From a bacterium (GTDB lineage: Bacteria; Bacteroidota; Bacteroidia; Bacteroidales; UBA932), in the NCBI GenBank assembly GCA_963608065.1, contig CAVDFQ010000007.1, forward strand, positions 14,391 through 78,390: a stretch of DNA of 64,000 nucleotides. Direction: 5' to 3'. Of the stretch, positions 18,343 to 27,267 are shown piece by piece. Numbering within the stretch: the first letter of the stretch is position 1; each line of letters starts with the position of its first letter. A program made the translations under genes and the position numbers. The notes beneath the pieces are model-generated. The model had not been told where the DNA came from and ran no database searches. It saw only the letters and a list, made by a program, of their open reading frames with translations.

Positions 18343-19322
18343 TGCGGAATCTCCCAAAAATCATAATAGTTGAACCACTGGTAAGGATAGAGTCTCACCG
18401 TCTCCTCCAGCCTGTCGGCGAATTCCTGGGCAAGGACCGCTATCCTCTGCCTGACAGGCAGGGCGGCCGGCGCTTCCAGAAGATATTCGTAAACCTTGTA
18501 GGCTCCGCCTCTTTCGCGCATATTGAAAACGGCGAGCAGCTGCACTTCCTTCTGGGCCGCGAGCGAGAACGGGCCCGCCGGGAAGAGGGCGTCGTCGCCG
18601 AAAAAGCTGCACCTGATGCTTTTCTGCGAGCCGAAGAGCCTGTCTCCCGTCATACTTACCACTTCTCCCCTGTTCAGGGCGGCGTTCAGCTCGAAAAGGG
18701 CCGTCATCGTGCCGTCCATCCGGACGAGGTTGATATTGTGTCTGCCCATAATGGAGCTGCGGTATCTCATCATCACCTCGGTCTCGCCCGCATAGACCAG
18801 CCCGTTCACCTTTTTGTCTGAGGTCAGCAGGTATCCCGTCATCTCGAAGTTTCCCACGTGCGAGCTGAGCTGCACGAAGCCGCCTTCACGATGCATCAGG
18901 TCTGCGAAATGGTCCGGCTCGGAATTGATGAGGGTAAACTTGCGCCCGGCGTATGCCGCATATCTGTCTATGATGATCTTCCCGAAGCAGAAATGGTTCC
19001 CATAGACGCTGAAAAAGGATTTCAGATGGCCATAGCCGAGCCTGCGGCGGAAGAAACGGTAGGAGGCGAGGTAGCCTTTGTGGCTGAAGAGCATATAGAA
19101 CGGCACCACCGCGGCCATCACCCCGTAGAAAACGCGCCTGTCCACGACTTTCATCATCGCGACAAGCGAACGTATCATCCAGGGAAGGCCGTCGCTGCGG
19201 CCGCTCCAGAGGGGTGAGGGAGCGGATGGGCCTTCCGGAGTGTCGCTCCGGGAAAGCTCGCGCTTCGCACCTTCTGCATCCTCCGGGCGGTCCGGCTGCC
19301 GAATGTCCTTATGTTCCTCCAT
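18339..19322 (-). CDS. LpxL/LpxP-like lipid acyltransferase
   Basis: SSHVGNFE (HxxxxE), GDR, FPAGPF and YPYQWFNYYDFW motifs. Confidence 0.88.
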   Translation of the reverse strand: MEEHKDIRQPDRPEDAEGAKRELSRSDTPEGPSAPSPLWSGRSDGLPWMIRSLVAMMKVVDRRVFYGVMAAVVPFYMLFSHKGYLASYRFFRRRLGYGHLKSFFSVYGNHFCFGKIIIDRYAAYAGRKFTLINSEPDHFADLMHREGGFVQLSSHVGNFEMTGYLLTSDKKVNGLVYAGETEVMMRYRSSIMGRHNINLVRMDGTMTALFELNAALNRGEVVSMTGDRLFGSQKSIRCSFFGDDALFPAGPFSLAAQKEVQLLAVFNMRERGGAYKVYEYLLEAPAALPVRQRIAVLAQEFADRLEETVRLYPYQWFNYYDFWEIPQ

Positions 19323-19336
19323 CCTGCAGGACAGCT

Positions 19337-19582
19337 TTATGCCGAAAGTTTCTTTTCCAGGTAGTCGCAGAATTTGCTGAAAGTGGTGACTCCTGCCATC
19401 TCCTCGGCCTTGATCTTCACGCCGAAATTCTTCTCGACTATGACTACGATGTCGATGAAGTCGAGGCTGTCTATCCCCAGGTCTTTCTTCAGAAGCGCGT
19501 CATCCGTGATTTTAACCTCATCGATCTCCAGGTCCTCCACCATAAAATCGCGGACCTTCTTCTCTATCTCTTTTCTATCCAT
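19337..19582 (-). CDS. Acyl carrier protein
   Basis: DLGIDSLDFIDI motif in an acidic 81-aa protein. Confidence 0.92.
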   Translation of the reverse strand: MDRKEIEKKVRDFMVEDLEIDEVKITDDALLKKDLGIDSLDFIDIVVIVEKNFGVKIKAEEMAGVTTFSKFCDYLEKKLSA

Positions 19583-19591
19583 ATATTTGTG

Positions 19592-20692
19592 TTACTTTAT
19601 CTTGCAGACCATTATGCTGTGCCCCTGCCCGAGGCCGTCGTAAATCTTCTCGACTTCCATCCCCGCCTTTTTCACCAGGGCTTCCATCGCCTCGGAGTGG
19701 TACATCTTGCTGTTCCCGTTCGCGATGGCGGTGAAGTAGAGGCTGGTCATCGTGAGGCAGAGGGTGGCAGGCTCGAATCTCTGGCGGTCCCAGAAAGTCT
19801 CCATTATGTAGAGGCGGGACCCTCTGTCCATAGCTTCCACGGCCCGGCTGAGTATGTTGTAGATTTCATCTTCGGAGAAGCAGTCCAGGAACTGGCTCAT
19901 CCAGATGGCATCCGGATGCTGCCCCTGAGGGAAGCGGGCCTGAGGATCCAGAAGATTTATGCCGTAGCCCTCGATTCTGTCAGCGCCCTTCTTCCCGGCC
20001 GTCTGGGCGCGCATCATCGCGCACTGCTGAGGCAGGTCGAGTATGGTCACTTTCACCTGAGGGTCATAATCCACGCAGCGCAGGGCCCAGCGGCCGGTAT
20101 TGCCGCCCACGTCCATAAGAGTGCGGGTGCTATGCTCGCCGAAAACTATCTTGAGTGCCTCGTCGAATGAGTGGTCGGAGTAGAAATGGTCGAATCCGAA
20201 CCAGCTCTTCTGCACCTGCTCCGGGAGCTGAGAAAGGGCCTCATATACCGTAGGCCAGTCACCGAAATGCCTCAAGCCTGCGGGCTTGCCTGTCTTCAGA
20301 GCCTCTTCGAGGTCGAACCAGCCGATGTAGTTCACGTCGTGGTTGAAATCTATGTTCACTCTCGTGGCGGGATCGTTAAGAAGGAACCAGCCTGTCTTCG
20401 AGAGTGTGAAGCGCTCGCTGTCCTTGTCCAGCAGCACGGTCCCGATGGAAAGGGAAGCCTCCGTGAGGACTTTCACGGCATAGAGGGAGAGCTTTGTGGC
20501 CTCGGCTATCTCTTCCTGGGTCATACCTCTGTCGCTGTCGCGCAGAAGATCGAGGATGCCGAATTTCAGCATCAGACGGGAGGCCTGGAATATGACAGGT
20601 CCCCAGGCTATGAATTCCGCAAGCCTCTGGGCCTCTCGTGCGTTGAGCTGTTCTTTTGTGTAAGTTTTTTCAAGGGCTGGTGACAGGTACAT
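19592..20692 (-). CDS. SAM-dependent methyltransferase (O-methyltransferase family 2)
   Basis: LMDVGGNTG, ILDLP and WMSQFLDCF motifs, with an N-terminal wHTH dimerisation region. Confidence 0.9.
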   Translation of the reverse strand: MYLSPALEKTYTKEQLNAREAQRLAEFIAWGPVIFQASRLMLKFGILDLLRDSDRGMTQEEIAEATKLSLYAVKVLTEASLSIGTVLLDKDSERFTLSKTGWFLLNDPATRVNIDFNHDVNYIGWFDLEEALKTGKPAGLRHFGDWPTVYEALSQLPEQVQKSWFGFDHFYSDHSFDEALKIVFGEHSTRTLMDVGGNTGRWALRCVDYDPQVKVTILDLPQQCAMMRAQTAGKKGADRIEGYGINLLDPQARFPQGQHPDAIWMSQFLDCFSEDEIYNILSRAVEAMDRGSRLYIMETFWDRQRFEPATLCLTMTSLYFTAIANGNSKMYHSEAMEALVKKAGMEVEKIYDGLGQGHSIMVCKIK

Positions 20693-20693
20693 C

Positions 20694-21920
20694 TTATATT
20701 CTTTTGATTACGAGTGCGCTGTTAGTTCCTCCGAAGCCGAAGGAATTGGATAGAATCACGTCAAGTTTCTGCTCCCTGGTCTTCGCGGCTATGCGGAGTT
20801 TCGAGGAGTGTTCGTCCGGATGCTCGAAATTTATGTTAGGCGCGATGAAGTCGTTGCGCAGCATCAGGATGCTGTAGACTATCTCGCTGGCTCCCGCCAT
20901 CCAGCATTCGTGGCCGGTCATGGATTTGGTGGAGCTTATCCAGGCTTTGCGGCCTTCGAAGAGTCTTGCGAGGGCGATAGCCTCGAACATATCCCCCTGA
21001 GGGGTGGATGTGGCGTGGGCGTTTATGTAGTCCACTTCGTCGGCGCTGACCCGGGCATCTTTCAGGGCACGGCTCATAGCGAGGAAGGACGCGTCCGAAT
21101 TCGGCTGGGAGATGCCTCCCGACCCGTTCGAAGAGAAGCCGTAGCCGCAGATTTCGGCGAGAATCTTCGCTCCCCTTTTCACCGCGTGCTCGTAGTCTTC
21201 CAGCACGAGTGCGGCCGCTCCGCCGCTCGGCACGAGCCCGTCGCGGTCCCGGTCGAAAGGGCGGGAAGCCCCGGAGGGGTCGTCCACCCTGGTGGAAAAG
21301 GCCGAGAGGGCATCGAAAGAGGCCATAGAGTAATGGTTCACCTCTTGCGCTCCTCCGCACAGAACCATATCCTGGAGTCCCTGACGGATAAGCATATATC
21401 CTAGACCTATGGAGTGGCTTCCGCTTGCGCAGGCGGCGCTTACGGTGAAGTTCGCCCCACGCAGATGGAAGATTGTGCTGATGTTCATATTCACGGTGGA
21501 GTTCATCGACTGGAAGATCAGCCCCGAACCCAGCATAGCGGAGTCCTTGTGCTCTTCCATCAGACGCGCGGTCTCGATTACCGGCACCGACGAGGAGTCG
21601 TTGCCGAAGATGACCCCCACCTCATTCGCATAGAGATAGTCTTCGTCTATCCCTGCGGCGGCGAACGCATCACGCGACGCCATATATGCATATTCCGCCT
21701 CTTCGGGCATTCCCACTCTCTGACGACGGTCCAGCAGTCCCTTCAGGGCCGGACGCGGCACGATGCCGGTGAGCGGAGAACGGTAGCCGTACTCCCTGCG
21801 GATTTCTTCTATGCCTATGCCGGAGCGACCCGCGAAAAGCGAGTCTCTCACGGCATCGGGACTCTGGCCCAGGCATCCCCAGATGCCGATTCCCGTCACT
21901 ACGACTCTTCTTTCTACCAT
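20694..21920 (-). CDS. Beta-ketoacyl-ACP synthase (FabB-like)
   Basis: SAACASG, NAHATST, GHECW and SNSFGFGG motifs. Confidence 0.92.
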   Translation of the reverse strand: MVERRVVVTGIGIWGCLGQSPDAVRDSLFAGRSGIGIEEIRREYGYRSPLTGIVPRPALKGLLDRRQRVGMPEEAEYAYMASRDAFAAAGIDEDYLYANEVGVIFGNDSSSVPVIETARLMEEHKDSAMLGSGLIFQSMNSTVNMNISTIFHLRGANFTVSAACASGSHSIGLGYMLIRQGLQDMVLCGGAQEVNHYSMASFDALSAFSTRVDDPSGASRPFDRDRDGLVPSGGAAALVLEDYEHAVKRGAKILAEICGYGFSSNGSGGISQPNSDASFLAMSRALKDARVSADEVDYINAHATSTPQGDMFEAIALARLFEGRKAWISSTKSMTGHECWMAGASEIVYSILMLRNDFIAPNINFEHPDEHSSKLRIAAKTREQKLDVILSNSFGFGGTNSALVIKRI

Positions 21921-22435
21921 TCGATGCTGAAGCGTATGCCGACTCCCGACAGGCTGTTGTTTTTCACGGTGCAGACGGAACCGGACGAATAGTCGCAGTA
22001 CTCGAGGCCGGAGATGTATTTACCTACTATCGAGAGCGCGAATGCGAATTTGCTTGAGGATGCGAAACGCAGACCGGCTCCCGCCTCGCCGTATGCGCCC
22101 AGATCGTCTCCCACATAGGAGCCCAGACGTGCGGTGAACATCGGGGAGACCTTGGAGTGGCCGTTGAATATGTAGCGGGTGGAGGCGAATAGCGGCATTA
22201 TGGCGTAGTCTTCATTTCCCTCGATTCCGAAGCCGAGACCCACATACACATTGTCCGAATAATAGGCTCCGTGGGTCATCGACAGGGCGATGGAAGTCGG
22301 GGAGTCGCTGAAATGGAAAGTGTTTTCCTGCTCGACCATCGCAGCGTAACCGTGCGGCACGCGGATGGACTTTTGTGCGGTAGCTGTGGTCGCAAGCAGC
22401 GAAATGGCCGCTACGATGAGAATCATTTTTTTCAT
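21914..22435 (-). CDS. Putative small outer-membrane beta-barrel protein
   Basis: Start reassigned to MKKMILIVAAISLLATTATA (signal peptide). Alternating amphipathic strands and a terminal GIRFSIEW beta-signal. Confidence 0.7.
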   Translation of the reverse strand: MKKMILIVAAISLLATTATAQKSIRVPHGYAAMVEQENTFHFSDSPTSIALSMTHGAYYSDNVYVGLGFGIEGNEDYAIMPLFASTRYIFNGHSKVSPMFTARLGSYVGDDLGAYGEAGAGLRFASSSKFAFALSIVGKYISGLEYCDYSSGSVCTVKNNSLSGVGIRFSIEW

Positions 22436-22467
22436 AATAAACCTGTTTAAGAGTAAATGATTTAGTA

Positions 22468-23199
22468 TTAAGTATATAGACCGCCATTCACCGAGATGGT
22501 CTGTCCGGTGATGTAGGCAGCGTCTTCTGATACGAGGAAGCCCGCAAGCGCGGCCACCTCTTCGGGTCTGCCGAAGCGGCCGGCGGGAATCATCTTCTTG
22601 AGTTCCTTCTCGTCGAGGTCCTTCGTCATATCCGTGGAGATGAAACCGGGGGCTATGGCATTCACGGTTATGCCGCGAGGCGCGACTTCCTGGGCGAGAG
22701 CTTTCATAGCCCCGATGAGGGCCGCCTTCGCCGCGGAATAATTGGCCTGGCCCGGCAGGCCTTTCACGCCGGAGAGCGAGGCCATATTCACTATGCGGCC
22801 CCAGCGTGATGTCATCATATTTTTCAGCAGACGGCGGGTGACGTGGAAGAAACCGCCGAGAGTAGTATTCAGAACAGAGTCCCATTCAGCATCCTGCATA
22901 AAGACGAGGAGCTGGTCACGGCGGATGCCGGCGTTGTTTATCAGAACTGCTATATAGTCGTCCGGATGCCTTTCCTGCCACTTTTCGAGCGCATCCTCCA
23001 CGGCCTGTCCATCGGCTACGTCAAAAGGCAGGAGTTCGGAGGTGCCGCCCTCCGCCGCGATGAGCGCGGCCGTCTCTTCGGCTGCCGCAGTATTCGAATT
23101 ATAATTAATGACCACAGGGTAGCCGCGACGTGCAAGCTCCACGCACACCGCCCGGCCTATTCCTCTGGACCCTCCGGTCACCAACGCATAACGGCTCAT
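22468..23199 (-). CDS. fabG: 3-oxoacyl-ACP reductase
   Basis: TGGSRGIG, NNAGI, YSAAK and PGFI motifs. Confidence 0.93.
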   Translation of the reverse strand: MSRYALVTGGSRGIGRAVCVELARRGYPVVINYNSNTAAAEETAALIAAEGGTSELLPFDVADGQAVEDALEKWQERHPDDYIAVLINNAGIRRDQLLVFMQDAEWDSVLNTTLGGFFHVTRRLLKNMMTSRWGRIVNMASLSGVKGLPGQANYSAAKAALIGAMKALAQEVAPRGITVNAIAPGFISTDMTKDLDEKELKKMIPAGRFGRPEEVAALAGFLVSEDAAYITGQTISVNGGLYT

Positions 23200-23221
23200 A
23201 AGCTAATTGTCAATTAATCGA

Positions 23222-23252
23222 CAAAAATAGTAAAAAAATCGTATCCCCCAAA
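23222..23252 (-). promoter_or_regulatory. Bacteroidota sigma-A promoter of the PKS operon
   Basis: Minus strand TTTG (23249-23252), 19-nt spacer, then TATTTTTG (23222-23229), matching the -33/-7 consensus. Confidence 0.75.
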
Positions 23253-23296
23253 AATCAACGGCAGTCCGTCCTGGGCTGCGTCCGGTTCCGAACCCT

Positions 23297-23326
23297 AAAA
23301 AAAAGATGACCCTCGTGAGGGTCATC
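23297..23326 (-). terminator. Intrinsic terminator of the FKBP gene
   Basis: GATGACCCTC-GT-GAGGGTCATC inverted repeat followed by T8 on the minus strand. Confidence 0.8.
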
Positions 23327-23330
23327 CCTA

Positions 23331-23936
23331 TTACAGAACTTCGAGGAGCTCGACTTTGAAGATGAGCGCCGCGCAAGGCGGAATCGCGCCCTGGGCGCCC
23401 TGCTCGCCGTAAGCGAGCTGATAAGGGATGTAGAGTTCCCACACGGAGCCTTCGGTCATAAGCTGCAGGGCCTCCGTCCATCCGGCGATCACCTGATTCA
23501 CACCGAACACGGCCGGCTCATTGCGGTCATAAGAGCTGTCGAACTTCATCCCGTTCACAAGCGTACCCTCATAGTGGCAGCGCACCTTGTCCCTCGGTCC
23601 GGGCTTCTTTCCGTTGCCTTCTTTTATCACCTTGTACTGCAGTCCGCTACCGAGTGTCTTCACTCCTTCCTTTTCGGCATTGGCCTTGAGGTAGGTCTCG
23701 CCCTCCTCCTTGAACGCGGCAGCCATAGCGCCCTGCTCTTCCTTCATACGGGCTTCGGTCTCGCTGAAGAACTTATCGAGAATCTTCCCGGCCTCTTCGT
23801 AAGAAAGCCGGCTCTGAAAGCCGCCCATAAGGTCACGTAGACCGGAGGTGAAAGAGTCGAAATCCAGAGAGTCCACACCTGACTCCCTGAGGTTGTGTGC
23901 AATGCTCATTCCGAGAGCATAACTGAGTTTGTCCAT
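23331..23936 (-). CDS. FKBP-type peptidyl-prolyl isomerase (FklB/Mip-like)
   Basis: MDKLSYALG, SGLQYKV, HYEGTL..G.KFDSS, VIAGWTEAL and IPYQLAYG motifs. Confidence 0.95.
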   Translation of the reverse strand: MDKLSYALGMSIAHNLRESGVDSLDFDSFTSGLRDLMGGFQSRLSYEEAGKILDKFFSETEARMKEEQGAMAAAFKEEGETYLKANAEKEGVKTLGSGLQYKVIKEGNGKKPGPRDKVRCHYEGTLVNGMKFDSSYDRNEPAVFGVNQVIAGWTEALQLMTEGSVWELYIPYQLAYGEQGAQGAIPPCAALIFKVELLEVL

Positions 23937-24006
23937 ATCTGAAATCAAATTTGTATTTCTATCGTGCTCCGAAGCGTCTTCCCGTCATCTCCGGAAGGGT
24001 TCCCTA

Positions 24007-24741
24007 CTAAAACATAAAGCTCAGGCCGCCGGAGAACGTGAAGAATCCTCCGGAAGGCTCGAAAACGGAACTTGAGCCGTACCCGTCAAAAGAATAAAGG
24101 CCGTGATTATCCGTGAAGCGGTAGTGGAACGCCGGAGTGATGTTCAGGCAGAAGCGCCAGATGCGGTAATTGAGGCGCAGGCCCAGATCAGCGGTAAGAC
24201 CGAATCGGCGGGCATCGCTCCACTCCTTTTCTCCCGTGATATAGTCCGGGGTCACTCCTACGAAGAATTCATAGCGGCTGACGATGCCGGAGATGAAACT
24301 CGCTATAAGGCTCTGCGGGTTATCCGCGACATTCTCGGGATGGAAGACGGCGGAGCTGACCATCCCCTCGAGGCCGTTCAGCAGAAGGTCCTCGAAACCG
24401 GCCAGGGGGGAGCGGTAGGCGAAGGCGATCGGGACACCTATCACCTGCTCGCTGCCGCACAGCTCCGGGATGTACTGCGCGGCTATCTTGAAGCCAAGCC
24501 CCTTGAAGTTGTAATGGCTGTATTTCAGCTCATACATTATCTCCGCGCCATAAGCATTGCTCTTCAGAGCGCCCATCATCCCCACGGAGAATTCCACTTC
24601 TTCGTTAAGCAGTGCTATGTCGGCTTTCCGTTTTTCCTGTTCGGTCAAGTCTGAGCGGAGCGTCTGTGCCGAAACCGCTGTGCAGCATACCAGAGCCAGC
24701 AGTACGCCTATAGTTTTTCTGATCATAGCTGTAACAATCAT
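24007..24741 (-). CDS. Secreted hypothetical protein, probable outer-membrane beta-barrel
   Basis: Signal peptide, beta-rich sequence and C-terminal GGLSFMF. Confidence 0.7.
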   Translation of the reverse strand: MIVTAMIRKTIGVLLALVCCTAVSAQTLRSDLTEQEKRKADIALLNEEVEFSVGMMGALKSNAYGAEIMYELKYSHYNFKGLGFKIAAQYIPELCGSEQVIGVPIAFAYRSPLAGFEDLLLNGLEGMVSSAVFHPENVADNPQSLIASFISGIVSRYEFFVGVTPDYITGEKEWSDARRFGLTADLGLRLNYRIWRFCLNITPAFHYRFTDNHGLYSFDGYGSSSVFEPSGGFFTFSGGLSFMF

Positions 24742-24767
24742 TTCTTATCTTGTTATTCCAAGTCCGG

Positions 24768-24798
24768 CAAAGATAAGCCTTTTTCCATCACCCGCAAA
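24768..24798 (-). promoter_or_regulatory. Bacteroidota sigma-A promoter
   Basis: Minus strand TTTG (24795-24798), N19, TATCTTTG (24768-24775). Confidence 0.7.
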
Positions 24799-24816
24799 AT
24801 GCACAGCCGTCCCTGA

Positions 24817-24830
24817 GGGGGGGGGGGGGG
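24817..24830. repeat. G14 homopolymer in a divergent intergenic region
   Basis: 14 consecutive G. Confidence 0.85.
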
Positions 24831-25051
24831 AGAGAGGCAAGGAAGGGTCAGCGGACTGCCGAGGATTCAAAGTGGCGCACCATAAAGCGTGAATATGTGT
24901 ACCTAAACCCGGAGCCTACCGTAGGCGTGTTGCGTCATGGTCTAAACTGAAAGAACATCACTTTCCATTAAAAATTGTAGATTCTCAGAAAAAAAAGCTA
25001 ACTTCGCAGGTAGCGACGACAACTATTGATAACCTATTAAATCTAAAACAA

Positions 25052-26353
25052 ATGAAGCGATTTATCTTATTTTTGGCGAGCCTTTCACTCTTGGTCTATG
25101 GATGCGCAAATATTGTTCAAACAGATGACTTTGTGCGCCATAATGATTCTGGAACGAAATCTTATCTGATTTCACCCGAAGAAGCGTTGGATAATTTAAC
25201 GGGCTTTCTTTCTTCTCTTGAAGAACTACAAACAAGAGCCCTCTCCCTCACCGTTGATGATATAATTCCTATCAATTCGTATAAGGACGCTACCAGAAGC
25301 ATTGGGAACACGACAACCCTTTATGCCGTAAACTTTCCGGACGACGAAGGATATGCTCTTCTTTCTGCAGATAGCAGAGTACCGGAGACTGTAGTAGCTT
25401 TTATTGAGCACGGGAGCGTAACGATTGAAGATTTTGAGCCATACAGCTCGTTTGAGATGGATTCCGATGATGATATTACGGAAGAAATGTATAATGAACT
25501 GTGCGAGGCCGGATATGTCGGGTCACAAGAAGGAACGGGGGCTATTATTCAGTTATGTAATCGCTATGCTCAGTTTATGATAGACAATGGTGAGGAGTTT
25601 CCCGACAACCCCAATCCAGGGCATTGGTATGTATCAGATATCGTTGAACACAAAATGACCACCACGTGGACGCAATCTTCGCCATTCAACTTACATTGCC
25701 CTTATGTCGGATTGCTTAAACGGGAGAAGGCTCCTGCAGGGTGCGTTCCTATTGCATTAGGACAGATAATAGCTTATCACGAGTACCCGAGTATATCAAT
25801 ATCCGGTACGGTTATAGATTATGATATCATCAAAGGAGTGCAATCCTATAGCACCTCATCCGACAAATGGATGGCAAGCAGTTTCATAAAAGTTTTATCA
25901 AGTTCCTTTAACTGCAATGTTCTTTACGGCAAAGTATTTGGATACACATTTGGGTTTGCCTTGCCGCAGAACGCAAAACGCACATTGGAGAATTTGGGAT
26001 ATGACAACGTATCGCTAGATTGGGGTTATGGCGAAACAAAGGTTATAACCTCGATAGATAATAATTGCCCTGTGTTCATATCGGCTATCGCAGGCATCAT
26101 GAGCGGTCATGCCTGGGTGATTGATGGTTATATTAAAAGTAAATACATCGACGGTAATGGGGTTGTAACCGACAGTAAATATTATGTGCACTGCAATTGG
26201 GGATGGAATGGCCAGAATAATGGTTATTTCGTTTCTGGAGTTTTCAAAACAGACAGGCCCGTTTTCTATGACGACACGTCTTTATCAAATAGCGAAACCG
26301 AAGATTATTGGTATTTATTTAACACTATAACTTATGACAACCCTAATGAGTAA
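25052..26353 (+). CDS. C10-family (streptopain/SpeB-like) cysteine peptidase lipoprotein with prodomain
   Basis: Lipobox LVYGC, prodomain YAVNF..GYALLSADSR, and WTQ, PAGCVPIA (Cys), GHAWVIDGY (His), HCNWGW. Markedly lower GC than the flanks. Confidence 0.9.
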   Translation: MKRFILFLASLSLLVYGCANIVQTDDFVRHNDSGTKSYLISPEEALDNLTGFLSSLEELQTRALSLTVDDIIPINSYKDATRSIGNTTTLYAVNFPDDEGYALLSADSRVPETVVAFIEHGSVTIEDFEPYSSFEMDSDDDITEEMYNELCEAGYVGSQEGTGAIIQLCNRYAQFMIDNGEEFPDNPNPGHWYVSDIVEHKMTTTWTQSSPFNLHCPYVGLLKREKAPAGCVPIALGQIIAYHEYPSISISGTVIDYDIIKGVQSYSTSSDKWMASSFIKVLSSSFNCNVLYGKVFGYTFGFALPQNAKRTLENLGYDNVSLDWGYGETKVITSIDNNCPVFISAIAGIMSGHAWVIDGYIKSKYIDGNGVVTDSKYYVHCNWGWNGQNNGYFVSGVFKTDRPVFYDDTSLSNSETEDYWYLFNTITYDNPNE

Positions 26354-27104
26354 AAACAGATTGCCAATCATAGCAATAACGACTGGTGCCCTTCTATTTT
26401 TTGCATCGTGCGATCTTTGGGAAACGAAAGTGTGTAAATCATATGTGACAACCTATGTCAGACTGAACAGTTTCTCTCTTGAACCCGCCGCCGGCTCTTC
26501 AAGAATAGATGCGATTATCGGGAACAGGTCTGAAGCACTTTCCTTCGACTGTCATTTCCTGTCGAAAGGTGACAATCTGAGAAGATATGAAGAGTATTGC
26601 AGAAAGCGTGGAGATGTTTCATATGAGCAGAGAGTCTTAGTACATAAAGGAGGGTCCATCTTTACCGGACCGACATATCTGACGGAAGACTTTGTTTCTG
26701 TAGCGGTCATATCGGATACCGATTATGACGAGTCACATCCGGCAGGAACAAACCTCAGCGACATTTGCAGATTTATGGCTTTTTCTCCTTATCCGTTCAT
26801 TGCAAGCGGATATCGTAACCGGTTCGATTATGGGACCTCCAGTATTTCCGAAGAATTCCGCGAATTCGCAAAAGCCAATTATGGTTCTCTTCCGGATGAG
26901 GAATTCGCCTGTCACCCTATAGATAAACCATTGTCAGATGTCACCCTTGAGGATCTGAAGCTGTTAGGTCTGGACTATCCAAAATGCCTATTCGGCCTAC
27001 TCTTGGAAAAAAGGCCCTCTTCTTCTGGAGAACACACGATAAGCGTGAAGATAGTCAGCGAGAGCGGGAAGAGTTACAGTGCATCCACCATTGTGACTTT
27101 CTGA
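26346..27104 (+). CDS. Hypothetical lipoprotein coupled to the C10 peptidase
   Basis: Lipobox FFASC, overlaps the peptidase stop, low GC. Confidence 0.8.
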   Translation: MSKNRLPIIAITTGALLFFASCDLWETKVCKSYVTTYVRLNSFSLEPAAGSSRIDAIIGNRSEALSFDCHFLSKGDNLRRYEEYCRKRGDVSYEQRVLVHKGGSIFTGPTYLTEDFVSVAVISDTDYDESHPAGTNLSDICRFMAFSPYPFIASGYRNRFDYGTSSISEEFREFAKANYGSLPDEEFACHPIDKPLSDVTLEDLKLLGLDYPKCLFGLLLEKRPSSSGEHTISVKIVSESGKSYSASTIVTF

Positions 27105-27195
27105 AGATCGTATTCTAACGTAAGCGAACAGTCGCGCCTGCGCCAGTTCACGCCCCCGAGCCTGTCGAGGGGACCGTCGGAGAGAGAGGAGCCGC

Positions 27196-27232
27196 AAAAT
27201 AAAAAGAGGATGACCCTGACGGGTCACCCTCT
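27196..27232 (-). terminator. Intrinsic terminator between convergent genes
   Basis: AGAGGATGACCC-TGAC-GGGTCACCCTCT stem-loop with an A-tract on its left (U-tract on the minus strand). Confidence 0.75.
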
Positions 27233-27267
27233 CTAATAAATCCTGAGGACTCAGCCTCAGATATTCC

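Noticed and set aside
1113..21992. Numerous long + strand ORFs opposite the PKS genes (e.g. 8456-10249, 2236-3582, 5014-6270)
   Set aside because: They are antisense shadows expected from GC-rich codon bias, with no recognisable motifs.
22436..22885. N-terminal half of the 323-aa ORF, suggesting a frameshifted fabG fusion
   Set aside because: It is an alternative frame of an intact fabG. The downstream gene has its own AT-rich leader and signal peptide.
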